DNA of 64,000 nucleotides from positions 40,238,001 through 40,302,000 of the forward strand of contig OX597828.1 of assembly GCA_951406725.2 (NCBI GenBank), written 5' to 3'. Under the pieces are notes generated by a model, which saw only the letters and a list, made by a program, of their open reading frames with translations, did no database searches and was not told where the DNA came from. Origin of the DNA: Octopus vulgaris (taxonomy: Eukaryota). Positions 54,355 through 64,000 of this stretch are shown here, one piece after another. Position 1 is the first letter of the stretch. Every line of letters begins with the position of its first letter. The translations under genes were made by a program, and so were the position numbers.

Positions 54355-55791
54355 TTGTGGGAACAAACCATACTGAGTAATTACCATGAGAAGAAATCTT
54401 ATATTGGTTTTTAGTGCGAAATGCACTTTTGCTTATACCGCTAGCAAGGATGTGTGTAAAAGTGATCCAATGAGAATTGCTTCGCTAATATATGCTGTAT
54501 GATACACGCATGCGCAGTTAAAGATGGGCGTGAATAAAATTTTTGATATTTCCATCTCGAGGTATGCAGTTTTAGAGTTTTATCTGGATTAGTGATTAAC
54601 TATAATACAGTTTATATATCTGACAACCACAGGGAAAAGCCAATGAATAACTTTTTGTGACTAGCGATGCTCGTTAACATAGCACAGGTCTAAGTTGCTG
54701 ATTGGTTAGAAAAACTGATGAGGTTGGCTCGTGTAGACGCCAATTGGTCTGAGTAGAGGAATGAAATGGTGTACCAGTTTATTGATCCAAATGACGTTGA
54801 CCTGCTGTGTGTGAATGAAATAGGTGCACGAGCTGATTGGTTAAGAAAAATGCTGACGTATACTTGTGCTGACGCCAGGTGGTCTAAGCTGACAGAATTC
54901 AACTATAAATTCCTGGATTTAATTTTGCGTCACTGTCGTACAAGTGATGCGAACTTAGAATTAATTCTGCTGTTAATTCGAAGTTATTTCATACATTAAT
55001 ACACGTGTGTTGCATCTATGCGTTAATTTTTAAATAAAGTTTCCATAGTTAATCTAGCGAGTATGTGTGTGGAATTTGATTGTAGGTTAGTAGCGTTATT
55101 AACAAACGTTTTTCTGTCGAGTATTTCTGAAGAGAAATTTAAAAGCTTGCCCCGAAAGAGCTTGCGCTACATATGTTTTATATTTCTGGGGACACTCACA
55201 GTTCTCGTGCATAGTTGACGTTTTTTGTAAATATAGAAATTATTTTTTTATTCCTGTGTTAATATTAAAAGGAGAATGGCTGTGTCGTCTGAATTCATTC
55301 GAGACTTATGTTAAATAAGTAAATTATGGAATTATTTTCGAAATCTTTTTTTAAAGTTTACTTGCCAATTTTTTTATGCTTACCACAGGAAATGTCGTCT
55401 GTATATTGGGTAAAGATGATATGACTATGTTCATGAATAATTTTGTTTACAACGATGGCCATTTAGAACACCAGAAATGTGGGTTTAAATAGAAGACCCA
55501 TAGACACTCCTTTTTATTGGGTGCATAGGTTTCCCTGGGGACAACAGAAGGAAATCTCAATTTTGAGGCTACCAGGAGTTTTCTAAAGACGCTCTTTGGT
55601 GTACTTTTATTGTTGGATGTTTATACACCTTGTCCGATATTTATGCATATAGTTTCTATCATGGGAACGCCAGTGAAGAGGCTCTGTAATCCATAGTGAA
55701 TTACGTCCAGTTGTTCAGCGATGTGAGTTGGTGTGTCTATTTAGGCTGTTGTAGAATCAAAGGGGGTTAATTTGTTTGCGATGCTTTAGAG

Positions 55792-56342
55792 CAGTGGTTC
55801 TCAACGGTGGTCCATATTGCTCCTGAGGATCATAGAAGATTTTTTGAGGAGTCCACCCAGCAATAAAACAGTGTGTTGAGGAGGATGACAGATGAGGTGG
55901 GCGGAAGTAGGGCTTGCAGGGGCCGGCGGAAGACTGAAGGGTGCATGCGTGGCGGGAAGCACGTGTGGTCATGGAGGAAGCACGTGTGGTCAGTGAGGAA
56001 GTTCCAGCATAGACGGCAAAGCGACAGGACGTGTTGAATTCGTGAGAGACCTCTGATCTTCGCCTTTTGTATTTCTTTCCCCCGTTGCTTCTTTTTCTGT
56101 CGTCCTCTTCATCCATCACACTACAAGATGTATTAATATGTATTGCAAGTAACAGCTGGGTTTCTTTCTCTAACATTTTACGTGGTTCGACCTACACACG
56201 TTAATGTGTGAAAAATAAAATAGTAATTTTGAAAGAAGCCTCTATGAAACTTGTTTTTAAACATCGAATGGCTATTGGGAGTTCACCAGAATGAAATATT
56301 AATCAAAGGGGTCCATAGATAAAAAATGGTTGAGAACCTCTG
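55792..56342. mobile_element. hAT (Charlie-like) non-autonomous element carrying an LTR fragment
   Basis: TIRs CAGTGGTTCTCAAC / GTTGAGAACCTCTG; perfect 8-bp TSD CTTTAGAG; 55872-56124 matches the 9825-10130 repeat. Confidence 0.85.
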
Positions 56343-57089
56343 CTTTAGAGTTTCATAGATGCATACTGGATTAAACTATTCTTCTATATTATATCTATGT
56401 TCTCGATCATCAGAAACGAATCGAAAAGGTCTACAACGTGTCGCATAGGTGGAAGAAGAAACAGAAGTGGATAAGAAATAGGAGATGAGAAAATGAAAAA
56501 AAACTGTTAGAGAATGATAGAAAAGATCAATTTGTGAGCGAGGACGTGAGAGTAAAAACCAGCGCGGGGAATAAAGAAAATACGAAATGGGAGCGGGGAG
56601 ATGTGAAACAAATGTGAAGAGGGTATGATAAAGAAAAAGAAAGGCATAAGGCATACGCTGTAGGTTGGTCTTAGGTTTCTAATGAGAATCTCTGTTCACG
56701 TTTAATTTTCTCTTCCCGTAGGATGTATTAGACTAATTATAATAAATACATAAATGTTCAGGCGACAAGATGATGACACTTCTTGACGCCTGACGAATTC
56801 CCAATGTGCATATAACCACACACACTTCATATCCAACCACACTCATCTATTACATAATTAGTACAGGAGCATAAATAAATATTTATCGTTATAATGAATT
56901 TGCACTTAATAAACTGCTGGGCAGTCCCACACTAATTATGTAAGGAATATCGAGTGCAATAAGCTAACTTCCTTTGAAGTTCTGGTAAAAAAAAAGCTTA
57001 AGTAAATCATAAAGCACGAGAGGAGTTCTGGAATGATCAAGAAGGAATCATACATTCAGTGAAATCTTTATCGAACAAGATAATTCTTT

Positions 57090-57633
57090 AAAATCCTTAC
57101 TGCTAGAGGCACCGGGCCTGAAATTAGGGGAGGGGATTAGTCGGTTACATCGACCCCAATGTTTCATTGGTACTTAGTTTATCGACCCCGAAAGGATGAA
57201 AGGCAAAGTTGACCTCGGCGGAATTTGAACTCATACCTATTTCTTTATTACCCACAAGGGGCTAAACACAGAGGGGTCAAACAAGGACAGACATAGGTAT
57301 TAAATCGATTACATCGACTCCAGTGCGTAACTGGTACTTAATTTATCGACCCCGAAAGGATGAAAGGCAAAGTCGACCGCGGCGGAATTTGAACTCAGAA
57401 CGTAAAGGCGGACGAAATACCTATTTCTTTACTACCCACAAGGGACTAAACACAGAGAGGACAAACAAGGACAGACAAATGGATTAAGTCGATTACATCG
57501 ACCCCAGTGCGTAACTGGTACTTAATTTATCGACCCCGAAAGGATGAAAGGCAAAGTTGACCTCAGCGGAATTTGAACTCACACCGATAAGCATTTCGTT
57601 CAGCGTGCTGACGATCCCGCCAGCTCGCTGCCT
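57090..57633 (-). mobile_element. SINE family A tandem/nested trimer
   Basis: Three consecutive bodies joined at TACCTATTTC. Confidence 0.85.
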
Positions 57634-57706
57634 TTATAATACCAGGGAGTCAGTGTTGGTTCTGTTAACTTCAGTTCTCTTCCAGACACTGTATGTTTGA
57701 TTCCTA

Positions 57707-57962
57707 GTGGCGCGTTGTGTCCTTGAGCAAGACACTTTATTTCACGTTGCTCCAGTTCACTCAGCTGGCAAAGATTAATTGTACCTGTATTTCAAAGTGC
57801 CAGCCTTGTCACACACTGTGTCACGCTGAATCTCCCCGAGAACTACGTTAAGGGTACGCGTGTCTGTGGAGTGCTCAGTCACTTGCACGTTAATTTCATG
57901 AGCAAGCTGTTCTGTTGATTGAATCAACTCGAACACTTGTCATCGTAACCGATGGAAGACCA
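57707..57962 (+). mobile_element. 5'-truncated SINE (same family as 28498)
   Basis: GTGTCCTTGAGCAAGACACTT plus the shared tail. Confidence 0.75.
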
Positions 57963-58055
57963 GTGTTCAAATATTTCGACGTTTCAGTCTTCCTGGGTAA
58001 ATCAAATTAACATAGGCGCAGGAGTGGCTGTGTGGTAACTAACTTTGCTTCCCAT

Positions 58056-59030
58056 GATGCTTTGAGACTTCCCATGGTTCTTTGTTGGTGTACGCACGTG
58101 TTATTGTGTTGTGCACCGAAGAAGTTACGTCGTTCGTGAAAAATTGAACTTTCGAGGCTCGACTACAGGTAGGCGTTTGTTGTATTTTTTGAGGGCTTAG
58201 TGGAGTTTGTTGCCCTGTATTGAATAGTTTTTTGGCGAGCAACGGTCTCCACTCCACTCTGCTCCAGGCATTTGCCAGTCGGTGGTCGTCCATAAAGACT
58301 CACTTTGCAGTGAGAATTGTGTTTTTAAGGAGGCGTAGCCCCTCCGCAAAAATTAATTTCTTTACGAAAATTGCCTTCGTGTCTGTGAATTTCCACTGGA
58401 TTACCAAGGAGTACCAAGGCAGGAAGGACTATTTTTGCAAGGTGGACGTGAGTGTGTTGGCTCTGTCCAATATTGAACTGAAAGAAAAAAGAACAACATC
58501 AGCATAAGACCGCAGAGGTAGGTGGTTTTGTTTTCGTTTGAGCTGGGTGTAATTTGTCAAATAGTAATTGTTTGTGTGTTGATAAATTTCTCCCAGCTCC
58601 TTGGTAATTCTGCCTGCTGTCGTGGGCTGCTGTTTGTTATTTTTTGTATTGGAAAGAAAAAAGTGGGGCGTATTTTCGCCCGAACTTACTGGATTTTGCC
58701 ATTGAAACTTGTTGAAGTTGGCCAGGAGGACCTGTTGACCATTGATGTTTGCTGTGTGAACTGTTTTTCTTTTCTCTATCCTTCTGTTTTTTCTTTCTTT
58801 TTGGAGCTGTTTTTGCGTTTCTTTTGAATTTTATTTTTTATTCATATTTTTTGAACTGACTTGTTTATTTCTTTTTGGACTTGTTAATTTATTCGGACTT
58901 TCCTTCTTCTTTTGAATTGACTTTTAACATGGCAAATGCAAAAAGTGCCTTAGAATGGGAGGTGGTCCCACCTAAGCAATGAATTGAAAGCCTTGAGAGA
59001 AGGACGGTGGTACTACGGACCTATTCAAGG
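58056..59030 (+). mobile_element. Probable Tx1-like LINE 5' UTR and ORF1 start
   Basis: ATG at 58929 gives MANAKSALEWEVVPPKQ*IESLERRTVVLRTYS, similar to SPPKRIMEQMERKTITYRMHS of the 38978 ORF. Confidence 0.5.
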
Positions 59031-59061
59031 TCGCGTGACGCCATCGCCCTCTTATTATTGC

Positions 59062-59605
59062 AGTGAGCTGGAAGAGTCGTTAACTTGTCAGACAAAATGC
59101 TTAGCAGTGTTTTGTCCATCTGTAAGTTCTGGGTTTAAATTCCACTGAGGTTGGCTTTGCCTTTCATCTTTTTAGGGTTGATGAAATAAGTACCAGTACA
59201 GAGCACTGGGGTCAATATAATCAACTAGCCCCACCTTCTCACCAAATCTCAGGCCTTGTACTTCTGGTAGAAAGGATTATTTTTATTATTATTAAGGTTA
59301 CAAGCTGACAGAATCGTTACCACCCCAGGCATAATGCTTAGTGGTATTTCTTCTAGATTATGTTCTGGGTTCAAATTTTAACAAGACTTACTTTGCTTTT
59401 CATCCTTTTGGGGACACTAAAATAAGCACCAGTTGAGTGTTGTGGGTCGATGTAATTGACTTACCTTCTCTCAAAATCACTGGCCTTGTGCCAAAATTTG
59501 AAACCATAAATGGATATTCATTGTCGATAAATTAAGTACCAGTGAAACACTGGGATCGATGTAATCCCAAAATTGCAGGCCTTGTGCCTACATTAGAAAG
59601 GTTTA

Positions 59606-59643
<38 letters not shown>

Positions 59644-59735
59644 GTAATCATTTGACAGGCTGGGATCGATGTAATCCCAAAATTGCAGGCCTTGTGCCTA
59701 CAGTAGAAAGGTTTATTATTATTATCATTATTATT
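59062..59735 (+). mobile_element. Cluster of decayed SINE A copies with a duplicated tail and (ATT)n
   Basis: Family match with CpG decay. Confidence 0.7.
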
Positions 59736-60444
59736 AGGGTAATCGTTTGGCAGGCTGTTTATTCATCTCTATACAGAAAATCTCATGGTTTTTGAATTGT
59801 ATAACTCTTGAATCAGTCCTGATCACACAAACCTGTGCACACACAGGTACACGACATAATGGCAAGACATGACTCATACATTTACTGTTCCAGCTAAGTT
59901 GGAATATGTTTCTGTGACGAATTTTCATTGCTCAACTGTCATCTAGTAATAAAACATTGCTATGAAAAAGACCATCCCATCTCTTTCTTCTCTGCTACAT
60001 TAAAAGTGAATTTAACAGTTTTTTTTTTCTGTTATTAAATGGCTAGAATGAGTCTTCCACAATGTAATTGCTTCAGTTTCAATACAAAATCACTTGTTAA
60101 ACAAATACAACTCCCAAATATAACTTAATCATTAGAAATAATATTTATATTCACAGCTATGTATTAAATATTTTCAAGATCGCATTCTGCGTTTATTTTA
60201 TCAGTGTGTTAGTTGTTACAAACCATAAGAGACAATTTACTGAGATGAAATATAATCTGGTTATTATCACTTATGAACCTAACAATAGAAAAACTATTTT
60301 GTGCCAAGTCAACACCTCTGTACTTCTGTTTTCAAGTTTCTTGGTATATTTGATTTTCTCTATTAATTATTCATAATTCTACTGTTGTACCAGCTTTTTT
60401 TTTTCTGCCTAAGGTTTAATATCAAAATTTAAAATACTATATTC

Positions 60445-60853
60445 TTTTACTCTTTTACTTGTTTCAGTCATTTGACTGTGGCCATGCTGGAGCACCGCCT
60501 TTAGTCGTGCAAATCGACCCCAGGACTTATTCTTTGTAAGCCTAGTACTTATTCTATCAGTCTCTTTTGCTGAACCGCTAAGTTACGGGGACATAAACAC
60601 ACCACCATCGGTTGTCAAACGATGTTGGTGGGGGACAAACATAGACACACAAACATATACACACACATACATATGTATATAAACATATATACGACAGGCT
60701 TCTTTCAGTTTCCGTCTACCAAGTCCACTCACAAGGCTTTGGTCAGCCCGAGGCTATAGTAGAAGACACTTGCCCAAGGTGCCACACAGTGGGAGTGAAC
60801 CCGGAACAATGTGGTTGGTAAGCAAACTACTTACCACACAGCCACTCCTACGC
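60445..60853 (-). mobile_element. SINE family B, full length
   Basis: Family match. Confidence 0.9.
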
Positions 60854-61574
60854 GTATATGTTGAAAATTTCTAAACTCATAATATCTGCAACGTATGTAA
60901 GTCGAAATAGCTGCATTTATATATTTGGAAGCCTTTTATCTGTGAAATTACAAATACTGTGTAAGCAAAAATATCGGTATATTTATGCACTTGCACGGAG
61001 GAAGTCTAGGCAGAGGCTTAATATATATTAAAATGAGTGTGTGAACCAGCAAAAGGGTGTAAATATCAAGAAAATTAGAAACTTTGTTCTTTGCTAATGA
61101 AACTCCTTGTGATATTTGTTCTGCATCAAATTACAGACACTCACCTCAGAAATGTAGTGAACTGGGCATTTAGTTCATTGAAAACCTGTAACCAATGGTG
61201 CTAATGTTAATAATTTGTTATAATAAATATGAGCAGTATTATCAAATTTAAGTTGTCTAGACATTTAACAAAAAGAATACAAAATATCGTGAATGAATTA
61301 ATTGCAAATATTTTCTTTGCAAGATGAGTTTGACATTAACATGAATCTGACTCTGTCGGCCTGTTACTTTTTTCTGTCTCAAATTGGTGCTTCTTAGCTA
61401 TTATACTAAACAAAAAGTCCTGTTGTTGTTGTAGTCACTGCCTATTTTGATACTTGGATTTTTGGTGTACTCTGCTCACTTGTTGATCTTTTGACCCTGT
61501 ATAAATTTCTGTTGCATAATATGAGTTCCTACCCCTGTAGATATATACACATATGTGTGGTTGGTATATTTCTG

Positions 61575-61800
61575 GAGCTGGCAGAAACGTTAGCACGCCA
61601 GGCGAAATGCATAGCCATATTTCGTCTGCCGTTACGTTGTGAGTTCAAATTCTGCCGAGGTCGACTTTGCCTTTCATCCTTTCGGGGTCGATAAATTAAG
61701 TACCAGTTATGCACTGGGGTCGATGTAATCGACTTAATACCTATGTCTGTCCTTGTTTGTCCCCTCTATGTTTAGCCCCTTGTGGGTAATAAAGAAATAG
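61575..61800 (+). mobile_element. SINE family A
   Basis: 12-bp TSD GGTATATTTCTG at 61563-61574 and 61800-61811. Confidence 0.9.
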
Positions 61801-64000
61801 GTATATTTCTGAACAACTCAGTAGTGAGATATAAATATAAAAAATAGTATCCAGCTCTTCACACAGAGCAGCTTCCGTCTACAGACCTCTGGATTATAGG
61901 GCTCAGTACACTTCCACTGCACCACCCTGTTCAATCAGTGATTAAGCATATATATGTATTATTTCTTATATTGTCTATTCTGGGCTACATTATTTCTATT
62001 ACATCATCCATCACCCAAAATGTTCATTACTTTATTTGTTTATTTCTATGCATTGGACTATTTCAAGTGTACGAAATATAATATCTATACCATATATGCT
62101 GCAGCATTGGTATTTTAATTTACTTACTGAAAGGCTAATGACATTTCACTTTGCCAATACTCCAAGAGTCATATTTGACAAACCACATACATAGATCTAT
62201 GCATTGCAAGCTTTCCTGGGTGTCTTTTCATTTGCCATTTTCAAATCAACCAGAACCAAGTCAATTTTATTAAGGTTTCCCCAGTGCAGCAGAGCAAACC
62301 AGTTTGCTATTATTATTTTGTAATAGAAAATGTAGTGCTTATATTCTGAACAACAAAATAACAAGGAATACTTATTAAAGAGAAGATTTATCTTTCAGAA
62401 TCTATCAACTTCCTTTCATAAAATAAGAGTCTATTACAAAGGGTTCTTAGATTTTCTTCAAATTTACACCATTTACTAGTATTCATGAGAGAAGTAATTC
62501 CTGAAAATCTCAGCTTACTGTAACCAGTAAGATTTTATGACCATTTGAAGGTTTTAGACGATTTTCAAATTATTGAATTTCATTCATTTTTTGGGGCTCA
62601 TCATTCCAAATAGGTTCAACACCATACCATGGAAAGCATGTTTCTTTAATCCCCACCATCTCTAGTCCATCAGACACCAAAGATCCGTTCTTTTAACTCA
62701 GCTAATGTAGAAAAAATGCCAGCCAAAAATTGCAAAAATCCCTGTCTTAGGGGCTATTTTAAAAAAATTTAAAGTGGTGAGCATCCCATCTTCTCTAATT
62801 TTATAGTAAGGTCTGAAATCTTAACAGAACACATGAATTCATTTATTCAAAAGCCTTACAAGTGAATCAGAATGAGAGATAACTGTTGACAGCAAATCAA
62901 TTCCATAATCTTGAGAGAACAGTTGTAGTATTTATGTGTTTCTCATCGGCATTAGTAACATAGTCGAAATGAAATAGTTACAACTAGACGTGGTTTACCG
63001 GCACCTTAACTTCTTCTCTACAGCAACTGCTGACCTAATAGAATAATTAATTTAAATACCCAATAACGACTAGAGCATAGACTGAGCTATTAAAATAGAC
63101 AGAATATCTAATCAACAGATAATCAGCAGATAATTACATTATCTTCGTTGAAGTTAATTATTAGATTGAACGGAAGACTGTTGGTGTGGTCTGGCTCAAA
63201 CTTTTGCAGGAATATTTATATTAATTAGTAGCCTGGTGTCTTATCTGACTAAAGATATTGGTCTAGTTTATAGATTTAAATGCTAAGTTGCTGAGCAAGA
63301 AGTATATAATGTCCCACTAATTTATAGTATAACGTGAGACGAAGCAAGTAATTACAAGTGTGTCCTTCAGTTTCAGCCTTTAATTCATTCCGACATTGTT
63401 TAGCCCAAGGTCTGTCCTGACCAAGCACACACACACACACACACAACCAAACGTATTTCACTTATGACCAACCAGTTTATAATTTTTTTCTCTTTTTACT
63501 TCCACAGTATATCTAAGATCACAGTATCCTCTGTGTACATATTTTAGGTGGTAGTGTTGTTTGAGGTAGATCTGTCTGCCATTATTAGCAGGTTAAATGA
63601 ACACATAGAAGCACTCTATATTTAGGTTAGGCTATAGTAATCTATGAAGGAGGGCTATTAACTGCTCAAGAAGTAGACATTTTGTTTCCACTGCTAAGTC
63701 AGGGAGGTTTAAACCGTGACCACAGCCCTTAAGTTGCAATACTGTATCAGTCAATGGAACTATATTTAGTTATAGATGGATTTTAAATAATGAATATTGG
63801 GTTTGGGGATTTTTCTGGTGGAGAGATTAAGAAAGAAGGGAAGGAGATTTTGTTTTGGCTGGGATTGAATATATACTCCGCCACAGTAATGAAAGCATAA
63901 TCAGCTATAGTAATGAGCACATACTGTGGCATATTATGAGTTCATATGGAGACACAGTAATGAGCACATATTGAGTCACAGTAATGAATACATTTTGAGC

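Noticed and set aside
54715-54780. CTGATGA with a hairpin and a later GAAA
   Set aside because: Stem II is not adjacent to GAAA, and there is no UH site in register.
55270-55415. Possible host micro-exons from AG/GT signals (also 37270, 56720, 63507)
   Set aside because: No recognisable protein, and such splice-like motifs are common by chance in AT-rich DNA.
56343-56420. Minus-strand CTGATGA...GAAACTCTAAAG split by the hAT insertion
   Set aside because: Stem II is out of register and no stem I could be rebuilt across the insertion.

Overview
AT-rich, repeat-saturated eukaryotic DNA with no recognisable host protein-coding gene. The SINE, microsatellite and transposon content resembles a coleoid cephalopod (Octopus-like) genome, which is an inference from recall, not a search. 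The window is a mosaic of tRNA-derived SINE families, mariner/Tc1 elements (one nearly intact DD34D copy), hAT- and pogo-like MITEs, non-autonomous Helitrons, Tx1-, CR1- and RTE-like LINE fragments, a young non-coding LTR element with a tRNA-Trp PBS, a 2,093-bp tandem duplication and very long (TA)n/(CA)n tracts, which produce most of the ORF track. The main hidden signal is about a dozen hammerhead-ribozyme folds (CUGANGA/GAAA/UH core, mostly with palindromic stem III) in unrelated, often (TA)n-associated Penelope/retrozyme-like repeats. These include a 481-bp tandem/inverted unit, a perfect 120-bp palindrome encoding a hammerhead on both strands, and a copy with a compensatory G3-C8 core swap. 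All folds were paired by eye, and activity is untested.
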